This document shows, piece by piece, positions 37,064 to 50,010 of a stretch of DNA of 64,000 nucleotides. The position numbers were made by a program, and so were the translations under genes. The stretch covers positions 190,679 to 254,678 of the forward strand of contig BDGG01000003.1 of the NCBI GenBank assembly GCA_001949185.1, in the 5' to 3' direction. How positions within the stretch are numbered: position 1 is the first letter of the stretch; the number at the start of each line of letters is the position of its first letter. This DNA is from Ramazzottius varieornatus (taxonomy: Eukaryota; Animalia; Tardigrada). The notes beneath the pieces are model-generated. The model did no database searches and had not been told where the DNA came from. It worked only from the letters and a program-made list of their open reading frames with translations.

Positions 37064-39423
37064 ATGACTTTGCGAGCAGCTCGCTTCAACCTCCGCCATG
37101 TACCTCGGCGTTGTGCGCCACCAGACCAGCTTCGCTGTGTACGATCAGCACACTTCGCCAGGATGACCGGGATCTTCCAGCCATTCGTCGTTACTCCTCA
37201 TAATCAGGGGAAGAACGAAGATGCTGAGTACGTTCTGTCGCGGAGCCAGAAGGTAATCACTGTGAATGAACGCTCAACTCAATTCAATGTAAGCTTGCAG
37301 TTCTCACAACATAGGCTGAATGGCGCAGTTAGTCATGTGACTCGAGTAGCCTTACCGTCCTCACGTGGTGAATTGCGCGACCGGAAGTGAAGTACGGTGT
37401 TACGTTATTCTTCCATTTGCAGCTCCTCATATCGAGTGGCATGATATCGCCGGCATCTTCCGCCGGGACGTTTCATCTTCTTCCCATGTTAACGCGATCA
37501 CTGGAGAAGCTGACAAAGATCATTGACCAAGAACTGAAAGCAGTTGGTTGTCAGAAGTTGACCATGCCCGCACTGCAAGACGCCTCAATATGGAAATCAT
37601 CAGGCAAGCAATGCCGGAGCCGGCCAGAGCTCATACGGACGAAAACATTCTGTTGTCTTTTTTTCACGGTGCCACGCGAAGTAGACGAATGTTGTTTCAC
37701 ATCGTACCGTTTCAGGAAGATGGAAAGGCATGGGAAGCGAAATGCTGAAATTCAAAGACCGGCTGGATCGAGAATGCTGCTTAGGACCGGTAAGTAAAAC
37801 AATTATTCTCTGTCGCAAACTGGCGCAAAATGACTCCTTTGACTACTTAATCTTGTTATTCGTTTATCTTGGGGTGTTTTGTCACTCGGAATTTTTTGTC
37901 GAATTTCAGACCCATGAAGAGGCGATAACAAGATTGGTAGCGACCAGTCTTCATCGAGCATCTTACAAGAAATTCCCATTGAGACTTTACCAGGTTGGCA
38001 AATTGTGAGTTCCATATCAGTTTTCCCAGTGAACCTTCCGCAATACTTCGTATGCTACTTTCGTGTTTACTTACGGCGAAAATTATGCTCACAGACCACC
38101 TCGAAGTTTCGGGACGAAGGGAAGCCTAAACATGGTCTCTTGCGCGCCCGAGAATTTATGATGAACGGCAAGTATCTTCGTCTTCTATACTTCTTATGTT
38201 TCAATTTTATTAATGTTTGTACGCTTGTTTTCCGTCTTTAGATTTATACACATTCGATAACTCGGAAGCAGCTGCCCGAGAAAGCTATGTAGCTATCTGT
38301 TTAGCTTATGACAAAATTCTTCGGAGGCTGGAGCTTTCATACGTCAAAGGTGATTCCAAGGCTGAAAATTCGAAACTGCAACCACGAGCAGTGACGTTAG
38401 AAGTTCCTTTGAAAACCGTGCGATGTGGTATGCTTGAAACCACCGGTTCTTTCTTACTGTAGCGAAAGGGAGCGTCGGTTCGATGGGTGGCTCGGAGTCC
38501 CACGAATTTCTTCTTCCCTGTGATACCGTCGGCGAAGACACCGTTCTTGTTTGTCAATCCTGTCACGCCGCCATCAATGCCGAACTCCAGTCAGACGGGA
38601 CAGAGCCATCCTGTCAAGAATGCTCATCGAAAAACTCAACTTCGGGTCGCGCAATCGAAATAGCACATGCCTTCCTCCTTGACAAGAAATACTCCGCGCA
38701 GTTTTCCGCCGAGTTTACTTCCCCCGACGGAAAGCCACAGTAAGAAGAAAGCGTCCGTTATCTTTGTTTTTGTTTTCTATTTTGTTTCAACAGTGTGTTA
38801 TAATTTTCCAGCCCGCTGCAGATGGGTTGTTTCGGCATCGGGGTAACCAGGTTGATTTCCGCCGCGGTAGAAGTCCTTTCTTCCAGCGAAGAAATACGGT
38901 GGCCTCGTGCCATTGCGCCATATTTGGTCTGTGTTATCTCGCCAAAGGTAAGTAAAATATTTAGTGAAAAGCAGTTTGATGAAAATTAGAAGCGTGAACA
39001 TGACAGGCGAATTTTATAGGCCGGTAGTAAAGAGGCGCTGGCGGTTGGACCACTTCCGGAGATTCTCTCGCAGCAGCTCTCCGAGTTGCCTCATATGGAC
39101 GATGAGATAGTGTTAGACGACAGGCAAGACCTGACCATCGGGAAAAGACTAATGGACGCAAAGAAATCCGGATATCCAGCTATCGTCGTCATTGGAAAAA
39201 CGGTAGGACTACTGTGCTGCAAAATTTTTGTCGTCTCCACGCTCAAAGAGCCAACCTTTAATTTTGATCTTAGGCAGCGGAAGATGTTCCCAAATTTGAA
39301 GTGCGTTTCCGTCACGACCCAAATTTGGTCCTTTCGTTAACTTCTAGCGATTTGCTGGACTTCTTCCGGGCACAGGAAGTGCTGCTTTCCGGCATAGGAA
39401 CCGTTGCGCTTCGAGGCTCTTGA
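37064..39423 (+). CDS. PARS2: Mitochondrial prolyl-tRNA synthetase
   Basis: Arg-rich presequence; WKSSGRW, LGPTHEE, PLRLYQ, KFRDE..GLLRAREF, MGGSESHEF, MGCFGIGVTR, WPRAIAPY and DDR..IGKRL; about 11 exons. Confidence 0.92.
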
Positions 39424-39690
39424 TTTCGGCACAATTTTAAAACTTTAAATTTTTATTGTTCAGGTTTTCGATTCAGATAAAAATATGCCACACGATGGAA
39501 ACCGTATAAAAGAGGTAAAAATACAATCCCTTTTTTCGAATGGAGGAAAAAGGTAAAATAAAAACATTGGCAAATAAAAAAACGCATTCGTTCATGCGAA
39601 ATCTGTATCACATTCGATAACTGACAAATTATGATAAGCTACCGTAAATTCTGCAAGACTTGGAAATTTCAGTGACACTTCACGGAACAC

Positions 39691-42600
39691 TTATCCCACG
39701 AACGAGGCAGTCCGACGGGGTTCTTCGGCCTTCTCCTTGACATTGTCCAGTTGGTTCAAGCTAGCTGTGTTTTGCATTGAAGCTCCCTCTACGAAAGAGA
39801 GAATATTCACCGTGAAGATGAAACGAGAATGAGAGATCCGGTAAACAAACTCGACAAGATCGTTTTCCCAAGTGGCGCACGGTTCCGAACAGTAACACTG
39901 CACACGTGCGCCACTTCATCACACAACACGGTTTTTCTCTAAAGGCGCGCGCTTTTCTAGTGATAGTGGCAGGAAGCGCGCGCCATTGGGAATACTGATC
40001 TCGTCGAGTTTGTCTGCCTAAACTCCAGTTGTGAAGGGATGGAAAAAAATGTATTTACTAACGAGGTTTTGCTATGCTTAGGCTTTGGAGATCCGGAAGG
40101 GTTTGAGCGGCGAGCGGTAGCTTGGCCGTGTCGCGGGAGGAGGCTTCCGGATGGAGCTCGGCATGGGAGGACGCTGCCTGCTGTGTCTCCTTGCTGGATG
40201 GCGAGAGGACAGCCTTGTCTTCGGACAGCTGCAATCAGAAGAAAAAGCACTAATAGCACAAATACGGGGTACCCAACTGACTCAGAAAGGAAAAAAGGAA
40301 GCATTGAACACCGGAAGTAAAGTAGATGGTAAACCGCTGGTGAGTACTCGCACAGTAACCTTCTCGAAAGTACAATAAAAGTACAGTTAAAAGTAGTGCG
40401 CGAGTGCGGGTAAGAGGCCAAATTACCCTAAGGAGAAACCAATAAATCAGATGCGCCAATAAATGGAAAAGTTTGAGGTGAGCATAGAGTCGAGTTTGCG
40501 CACTTGTACGGGCGTATTGAGGTTATTTTGCAGTTCCGCAACTTTTTCCCAGGATACTGCTCAAGATTGCAGATCCGCAACTAAAAATCGCGAAACTTCC
40601 GCAATTGCAAAATTACTCCCCCCCCCCCCCCCCGCCTTTCACAACGCCCTTGCACAGTATCCACTGGTTTACCGAGTACGAGCACAAACTACCGAGTAAA
40701 ATGTTGATTGGTGACTGAATCGGATTTTGTCACTTACTTCCTTTGCCTTTTTCCCTTCTTCCGTGTTACGGTCTCCCGCTTCATTCTCGTTTCCAGCTTT
40801 CTTCTTATCCTTCTCCTTATACTTCGCCAGAGCTTCAAGATCGATGTAGTCTTCCCTCAGTCCACCAGAGAAAAAAGGATGGTTGAGCAACGTTGCCGCG
40901 CTGGGTCTCAGTGCCGGATCGTAAATCAGGCAACTCTCGATAAACTGCCCGAAAATCTTAGCCTCTTCCTTCTTCCACTTGTACTCTTCGATCAGCAGCT
41001 TCTCTATGCTCTGCGAGTACAGGTCAGCAGGGTCGAAACACTTGAACTGGCCGCGTCGGTTGAAAAACTTGTGGCAGTACTTGCCTCTGGTGGCCAACTT
41101 CCGGCTGGGACTTCCAAGTCTTTCGATCATCTGGGCAATGTGGTCTTCGTCCGTCGCGTAGTCTTCTCCATGACGAGGGTTGAAGAGGTAGTCGCCTGTG
41201 GCCAGCTCGAAAGCAATGCAGCCGAGCGACCACACGTCGACGTTGGCGGAGAACTCGGCACCCATCAGGATCTCGAATGCACGGTACTCTCGAGTCTGGA
41301 TGTCATTGGTGAATTTCTTGTAAGTCCAACAGGCGTTACCCATGTCGACAATCTTGATGAGGGGATCACAGTCGTAATCCTTGGCTGGGTCAGGCGCGGA
41401 ATCTAGAGAGAAGATAACATAAAATACCAAGTTGTGTTTTCGACCAAAAACTGGCTGCAGAGAACTCTTACAATGTCACCACTTCGCGCAACGCGCTAGT
41501 GCGTGTTCGTTAACACTTAAAAGACCAAGGGGGTACCCCGGTTGCTTGGCGCACCCCAAATTCTGCGGAATGGCTTCTGTTGAACCTTTTCGTCTCAAAT
41601 TTTCGCGTTCGCTATCAGAAACTTTGTCGCTTCCAGTTAAAAAAGACGTGAACTGGCTAGCAGCTTTCTGAAAATTTCGAGAGAATATCTCGTTTTTGAC
41701 CAGCTTTTGTCTTGAGTTGACAGACCAAATTTTTACTTAAGAGCTGGCTGACGATAAGCCTCCTTAAAGACTGGACAGAGAGCTAGTACATTGGTACCGT
41801 CTTAGAAGCTTCAGTATGTTCCATGCTGCGTGACCGGTAGTCACAGCAAGAAAGGAAAAAATCTGGCACTTTGGTTCACTTAGTGGCGCATTTTACTCGA
41901 AAAATGCGAAGCGTACATGTGGTGATTGGCCCGATCTGACCCCACCCTCACGATCTCAGCCAGGTAAAAGTTGGGCAAGGGGATCTAACCCCCCTTGTAC
42001 TCCCAGAGCTCGGAATTGCGTGGTCTTCTAAGTGTTAATTTATTGTTCGTTACCTGAACTGGTACTGGTAGTAGCTGCTGTAGGGCTTTGGCTGGCGTCC
42101 AGGACACTGGAGAAACTTTCAGCGGCAGCCGCAGCCGAGGCATCGCCTTTCGGGGAAGGCGTCAGAAGTGCGGCTTTCGGATTCAAATTCTCCAGGTTTT
42201 CTTTACTGAAATGAAAAGCAGAGACCATGCTTTTTGGCATGGGTAAATTCTCGTTCGAGAACTTCAGTGCTTCTTTAGCCATCTCCGTCTTTTCCTTGAT
42301 GCCAATTGCTAATGCGATGTTTTCCGGCTTCAAGTCCGTGTGGATCATCTTGGCCTTGTCGTGGAGGTACGCGAGACCTTCAAGGACACGCTTTGTGATG
42401 TTCCGGCTGGTTGACAGCTTCAGACCGTTGGATCCAGCTCGTCGGCCGACGCTGAAAAGGCTGGGACCGGTGATCTCCATGACGAGGACGACGTGGTGAC
42501 CGAACGGACCGTCCAGCTCGAAGCTCTCGTACATGTGGACGATGCGCTCTTTGCAGGGATCGTTTGGATCGGCTTTGGCGGCGTGCTGGAGAAGCTCGAT

Positions 42601-43444
42601 CTCGTCGCGAGCTGTTTCCGTGTAGGTGGTTGCGCTGCGTACTACCTGGAGGTGAAAGATATGAGATTAGCGGATGCACGTGCAAAGTCGGAAAAGAATA
42701 TCGCACGACTTCCGGCAATGCAGGCAAATGGGGAAGAGGCCTCAGCGCCGTTCCACAACACGTCCACGAACAGGGCCGTGCAACCACACGTCTGTGAACA
42801 CGGCCGTGCCGCTGTTATTAGAGACCACCCAACACGACGTCACGAACCGTAAACATTGATCTGTTGATTGCCTCAATTCGAAACCACAACAAACCAAAAT
42901 CATAGACAAGAACGGGACATCTTCCCGTGAGAAAAATATCTCCCTGGCGCTTGGAAATCGTGCGCGCTTTGGAGAGAAGGGCAGATCGAGATGTAGCGAT
43001 CGATCCAGGAACATGAAGGGATGAAATTTGGGGGAATACCGGAGAAAACCACCGCGGGGAACGATGATACATGACATTATTATTCCCGAGTATTATCTAA
43101 GTTACCTTGAGTGCCTTGAAATCCTGATCGACTTGATCAAAAGCCATCCAAACGGTGGAAAAATGTCCCCATCCTAGTTTACGAATAATCAGATAGCGGT
43201 TGTTTAGGAAATCCTTGGGTTTGAGGGGATGATAGCCTCCCCGCTTGTAGTCGCGCAGATCCTCTTGCTCGCTGCCCGAGCCACTGAAAGTACTGACGGT
43301 ACTGCCACTTCGACTGCTACCGGAATCGTTTTCAGAATCGGAATCTCGAGAAGAGTTAGAACCGCTGTCCTGACTTTCGTCTTCGCTGGCATCGTTCTTG
43401 TCCTCTTCGTCAGTTTTGGTCGATGGAGTTGCCTTATCTCCCAT
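39691..43444 (-). CDS. SRPK: SR-protein kinase (SRPK family)
   Basis: DYKRGGYHP, KLGWGHFSTVW, ETARDEI, IHTDLKPENI, spacer insert, DMGNACW, DIQTREYR and FELATGDYLF. The last exon assignment is less certain. Confidence 0.9.
40507..40652. mobile_element. Short relative of the 36205-36865 MITE, in an SRPK intron
   Basis: Shares GCGTATTGAGGTT, AGGATACTGCTCAA, TTGCAGATCCGCAA and a poly-C/CCCTTG end. Confidence 0.6.
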
Positions 43445-43952
43445 GTTCCCAATCAAAGAAGCCGGAAATGAAAAACACTGTCAGAAAACGTAAGCCATTG
43501 ATACAGACCTATTTCGATGGGTGTTTGAGCTTCCGCGAAAATGTCCGAAGAAGATTTAGAAGTCTACGGAGTGGAACAAATGTCTCCAAGCAACTTTTCC
43601 ATCGAAATTTCGTGGTCTAAAGAAGGAGAACACGCCAATCAAAGAATCAAATTAACACAAATAACGTGGTAGTATCCATGGTAACGTCATGCGTGTTTCA
43701 AATGGGGCACGCACGGTGCTCGGTATTCGGTCCAGCATTGATCTTGTACGAATTTGGCTTTTACGAGACTTGGACCGGAATTCTTAATAACAATAAACTG
43801 AAGCGGATAACAATAACAGAGGAAAGATAGGAAGAGCAGAATGGTTTTATACAAAAACAACCCGGAAGTCTGGTGGGAAAAATTCACGATGCGGAAAGAG
43901 GTGTACATACCGGTAAGACACCGAAAAAAATAGTCGTTCTAACAACGCAATA

Positions 43953-46411
43953 TCATAAACTTTCCTCATCGTCAATATGGAAGCTCACGTTCTCGGCGGG
44001 CTTTGTGTTCTCTTGATCTTCAACGTATGAGGTCGAAGGTACGTAATGACGAAGGCAAAAGTCACTGATACGAGTCAGCGCTTCCCGCATCTTGTCCTCC
44101 GGTAACGTCAGTACAATGCGGAAGTAACCTGGATAATCGAAGCACTACCAAAAAAAAATATATCAAAAGTCAAACATATTCAGGAGAACACGACAAGGGG
44201 ATAAAACTCTTACATACCTGGCCAGGCAAACAAAATACGCTTTCTTCGTTGACAAGTTGAGAAGTGAAGGTCAGATCATTTCCTTGAAAGCCGGGGAAGC
44301 ACTCCATGTTCACCCTGGTCATAATATACATGGCTCCAGCCGGCATGATGGGCGTCAAGCCCGGAATTCGTTTCATTGCTTCGAACGCCATTACTGCATT
44401 AGTCTGAAATATTCAAACAATTTGCAAGGTGGTAAAATTTCTTTGAGGAAAGAAACGGAATACGTGACGACAGCCGGATAATGCTAAACTCGGGGACGTA
44501 AAGTGCACGAAAGTTCTTACCTCGATAGTGCGTATGATATTGTCGAAGAAGGCTTGAGGCACTGAGGTGAGGATCGAAGCTAATGCTCCTTGAACAAGTG
44601 CGTTAGGTCCAAGAATGCGTTGTGATAGGCTGTTCAGTCCTGGTCGAATTTCCGCCTGGAAGATATCGTCACGATCGTGAATGGTTATCCATCCCATCCT
44701 CCACCCAGGGCAAATGAACCTTTAGATTTTCACAATGGAATTAACTTTGTGGTCTGGAACGTGTAAGATTATTTCCTGTTGAGAGTTTCACATACTTTTT
44801 AGTAAGGCCGTTGCAAGACAGGATCGGCACGGTTTCTGTCAAGGTCGCCAAAGGGTGGAAAGTGTGTCCTGGAAAGACTAGGTTGTCATATATCTCATCC
44901 GCAATGATGGGGACCTTGAAGTAGTCCGCAAGTTCGAGAATATCCACAAGGTGTTCGCGGGAGTAAACCGAGCCGCAAGGGTTGGAGGGGTTGTTGAGGA
45001 CGATGGCCGCCGTGTCTTGGTCGATCAGCGAAGCCATGTGATCCAAATCAACTTCCCAATCTGATTCTGGCTGCAAGTATGGGGAAATTGTCAAGCGCCA
45101 GAAGGCATGAGTCAATGTCAGATGGATAACTTCCAGGCAAACCGGAAGTGCTCTTGCGAACTTGACGAACCTGCAGTCGATATGATCGGCATTCGATGCC
45201 GAGGGAACAGGCGATCGTCTTGTATATCGAAAAGCCGGGACAGGGTATCAGAAGGTTCGTTCCGCGGTCGCATAATACTGATATACACATTTCTACTGCG
45301 TGTGAGGCGCCACTGGTCAGTATCACATCCTGAAATAACGAAAAAAACCACCAAACTATTTCTGGCTAAAGTATTTTACTGATTCTCGGAGTATAAGGTA
45401 CGCCGTGCGTCCTTCCACGAAGACGGTCATTTGACTGACGTCTTGGCACGATATTTTCTCACAGTAAATCATCCGTGTTTAGAATTCATACATATTATTT
45501 TCGGTTCAAATGAGAACCGATAAAAATGAGATTCAAATGAGCTGTCGTTTCTGGGGAGGTTGTCGCTTAGATTCGCGACTGCGTTTCTTGACGACCTACC
45601 TTGGCTGTGATAGGAGCTTCCGGTCGGCTCGTATACTGCGCCACCGCTTCCCTTGCGGTCGGTATGCCGGTAGAGGGCGCGTAACCATCGTATCGCTTCG
45701 ATTTCACGGCCTGAATAATGGCATCCACCGCTTCTGCTGGCGGACTGAGATTCTTGAATATGGTTGGATCTCCTGTCAACAAACCTTCTTTTTGTTCGCA
45801 ACGATCAAACTAGTGATATTTCACGTTGGGGAACTTACCGATTGAAAGTGCGATCATAGGTTTTTCGGGGTTGGGTTCGAGCTTCATACCGTCAACAATT
45901 TGGCGAATCGGGTTGAGGGTATTTTTCGCCATGAAAGAACTTCGTACGGCCCATTCTGACCGGCTGACTGGACGGGAAGACGGTACCGGTAAATATATCG
46001 AGTCGCTTTCTGGCGGGGAATACGAGGCTTCAGAGCCGAACATACTGGAATCGGACTCGATATCGCCGATGTTTGCCGCATAGCTAAGTTCCGTTTTGAC
46101 CCTCTCTGTAACATGAGCCAGAGAATATTTACACGTCAAAAAGCAACTATACTGAGCAATGCTCGGGTTGATAATTATATCTCAATGAATCAGTCAATTC
46201 CGTTCTTCCTACCGTAAATATTGGCGGGAAGAGACTCAGTGCGCTTTCCTTCGAAGCCAGCAGGAACAGGTTCGTCTTTGCTCGTATCCTGCCTGTGCCG
46301 TTTCCGCGTGATGTGGTCGCTGCCGGTTCTGTCAGGAAGAACGGTCGCCAGATGCATTCCAGAATATTTTCCAGTATCGCTAGAGGGCGTTGCTATCCTT
46401 ATTCCGTCCAT
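43953..46411 (-). CDS. TAT: Tyrosine aminotransferase
   Basis: [67 protein letters not shown] and YFRIVL. The N-terminal exon is less certain. Confidence 0.92.
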
Positions 46412-47959
46412 TGAAGAAAATTACGCGGTTGAATTATCCACTCATCTACAAACGAAAACAGAACCACATTTGTTCGGACTCGTATGCACGAAAGAAAGCT
46501 TCGCGTTTGAAATGGACTAGTTTGAGAGTCATATGAAGGACGACCAGCCTGCTCTAGTCGTACGCAGCGCAAACATCGCTCCACCGAGAAAGCGAAAGAT
46601 TATTATCGTTGGATAAACAAGGGCAACTTCAGGCTTGATGGTTGGAATGATAGTTTGACCATGTCTTCCACCACGCTGATCAATATCGGTGTAACGAAAT
46701 TTAGCTCGATCATGCAACAGGTGATCGAATTCCCGATAACCACAGCGGGACCTCGTCACCTCGTCGACCGTTACCAATTATTTTCTCAACAGTGGCAGTA
46801 GTGGCCGAGCCGCCACCTGTTGTCAGGTATTTGCGGTGAACTGGCTTTTTTCTTGCCCATTCAAAAATTAGTGTCAAAAATGCGCCCTGCAGGTGATCAC
46901 ATGACATTACACATTGATCAACGGCAGCATGCTCCACGTGATCATTTGCAGGGTAGCATCGTCGACATTGTATTAGAAAGCTTACCGTTTGGACTGCTGT
47001 CCAGCAGCTCTTGACATCAGATGTACATACACCGGTTTCAGAATTTCGAAGGTCGAATAGAAAAGATGAGAGCGGAACGGGTTGTGGAGCTCAGTTCTTA
47101 ACCGTGCAATGAGGAGCCTCAATGCGAGCAGCAGCTGCAGGATGGCGGAAAAAACACAATGAACGGAAAAATGGTTAGCCAGAATGTGCAAACTAACGAA
47201 GCACAGGCACTGATGTGCTGCTGAAGCGCGCGTCTGTCGGAGCATGGCAAGCCAAAACGCGCAAAATTATAATGCCAGGCCATAAATTTACCGGAGCCAG
47301 GTCCCGTATATAGGAAACCTTGACATCGAATCCCGGTAGATTGCTTTTTCAACTATTGAGCTAATAGGTGCAGTCAATCAACCGAAGTGTGGTTTTGTTT
47401 CTTTTTCATACCCAAGCTGCGGTGGAGGTTGATTGAATGATCTTACCACTCGGTCAGATTAACAATCTGATACGTCACAGAATGGTTACGTCATGACTAA
47501 AAGCTGCCCTGCATTATGCTTTGACCCATGACGTCAAGGATACTTCACGGCGTCCTTCCTTCCAGCAACGCGCGCTTCAGCAGCACATCAGTGAGCACAG
47601 GTTCATAAATGACCGCTGAACAGCCTACGTCGTTGAGATAGAAATTAAGAGAAATGACTGGACATCGCGGTAAATCGACGTTTGTGGCAAAACGATCGCA
47701 GAGATTGGTCAGACCAGAGGGTATATAGAGTGCGCCCATTTCCGTATCTAAGGAGAACTTTCTGACTCATCGATCCGCTCACTGGTTCGCCGAGAGCCAT
47801 ATGACTAAAGGACCTCCATTAAGAACGTATGAGGCATGCGACGACATACCCAGTAAGGTTTGAGAGGCATGGCAGTGCGTGGCAGATGGCGGGGTGTAGC
47901 ATCAATAGCTTCGGTCATGTCGATCTCGACTACTAACGTATGAAGTGGAACATGCTTGA

Positions 47960-49193
47960 CAAGGGGATTATGCCTGTCCCGACGTCCTGACAAAACGATA
48001 GAGAAGAGTCTCTTCTATGGTCTGACTCAGGGATAAATCCCTCACCATCCTGGAATAAACTACGGGACTCGGAAGTGACTGTTTTAAACTAATGCAGTGA
48101 CGGAAGCTCCTTGATTGGGTGCTTGATTGAACAGATGGCAACTCAGCGGCTGTCTCAGCTGTTCCGTCAAATTAGGACTGGGTGGCCAGATTAGGACTGG
48201 CTGTCGCGCATCTTCAGCGAGTTTTGGCACGGTGTCCGGTCTTCCTGATGATCAGCTGAGCAACTTGTTCGTATTGTCGGTCAACACCCGCAATCAAAGA
48301 GCTTTACGTGATCCCGGCATTCTGGAGCCGACAATGGACTTTCATTTCCGAGTGCTGTAGTTTATTCCAGGATGGTCGGAGGGATTTACGAGGGACCATT
48401 CAGACCATGTGACTCGTCGATCACGAAACCGATACTTTTATACGATAGCTGAGGCCCTTAGCTCTCTACAAAGTATCGGGAGGACCGGTGAATAACCACT
48501 TCCTGGAACTGCAGGAAATCCCGAAGGTGCCTCGTCCACCGTAGAACCCGTGTTATAGCCTGTATAGCGTTACACAAGACGATCCAAAAACTGGTCCGTT
48601 ATCTAGGGAAACTCCAGAATTCACGTGCGGACGGTGTAAAATGATATTCCGAACCTNNNNNNNNNNNNNNNNNNNNNNNNNNNNNNNNNNNNNNNNNNNN
48701 NNNNNNACTCGTGTTCAAATTATTTTCTGTAGTTTCCGACGGAAGCTGTTACAGCCGTCCAATACGTATTAGCAACTGCGGGAAAAAAGTCTTCCCGAAA
48801 AGTTCGCTTTTCGTTGGTGGCAGCCCGCATGGGGTTCGAAATATCACTTCACACCTTCCGCAAGTGAAATCTGGAGTTTCCTTAGATAACGACCAGTTTT
48901 TGGATCGTCTTGTGTAACTCTATACAGGCTATAACACGGGTTCTACGGTGGACGAGGCACCTTCGGGATTTCCTGCAGTTCCAGGAAGTGGTTATTCGCC
49001 GGTCCTCCCGATACTTTGTAGAGAGCTAAGGGCCTCAGCTATCATATAAAAGTATCGGTTTCGTGATCGGCGAGTCACATGGTCTGAATGGTCCCTCGTT
49101 AGCTCTCTCGCTCAGATCATAGAATGGATTCTCTTTTATCGTTTGCCGGGACAGTTTGACTGTCGGGATGTCGGGACAGGCATAATCCCCTTG
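47960..49193. mobile_element. Non-autonomous Tc5-like fold-back element (spans a gap)
   Basis: CAAGGGGATTATGCCTGTCCCGAC/GTCGGGACAGGCATAATCCCCTTG termini share their start with 6778-9223. ~270-bp inner inverted arms (48388-48656 and ~48832-49099); extra ~45-bp IR pair at 48034-48388. Flanks TGA and TCA do not match. Confidence 0.8.
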
Positions 49194-50010
49194 TCAGTAG
49201 GTGTTACGACTACCGTGGTGAAATTGAGCGGTAAGTTCCTGGTCGGGTCTACTGGACCGATGAAGTCGCGTCGTCAGCCTCGTGCCACAGTGTTCAGATC
49301 TCCCACTGAGCGAATATTTGAAGGAATTTTACAAAGACTTGATTATGATGACCGGGAGCACAGCTCGAGTAGACTGTCAGGCCCAGGATGTAGAGCCTCA
49401 AAGCCATCCAGTTTCCAGGGCTGCTTTTTCAGTTTACCACACTGAACTGTTACGCACTTACGCTCGCTGCTGTACGGTAGATTTAGTTGCACCATGTGGC
49501 AAGTTTCGTACTGTGAAATCAAAATTTGGTTTTGGTATCGCCGGAGTATCCGATAGCGTTGGACGTACTGTTGCAAACGCATCAGAATATGCTTTATGTT
49601 TAATCGAGGTTGACATGGAATTGATTTCTGTGTGGTAACATCCCGTCATCAGCTGATTGAGTTGAGGGTGGTAATACGTGCCGCAGGTAGGCATTCCGTG
49701 CTTTCTTCAAGCTATGGTTAAAGGTCCCACGGTCAAGTTATTAACACCAACGTGACAAAGAATATACATAAATTGAATGCCGCACTCAGGGTGAAACCAA
49801 CCTCTCGAAGCATGGATCTCTCATATCCCTGCGTGAAGGCGAAGAGTACCCCACGCCATAATGTTGTGTCCTTGAATTATTAGTATGAAGAGATGCTTCC
49901 AAACATAGGGTCTGTATACTTCATCAGTCTTGCCGGAACACCTATATATCTCGACCAGAGGTACCATGGTGCGCTTGGTCACAACTCGAAGTGGACGGAG
50001 CATCTTTAGA

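Noticed and set aside
40708-41406. 232-aa plus-strand ORF and similar overlapping ORFs
   Set aside because: Antisense or alternate-frame shadows of real coding exons (here SRPK).
41526-41997. CAAGGGGG...CCCCCTTG pair in an SRPK intron
   Set aside because: The match is only about 8 bp with no TSD, which is insufficient to call an element.
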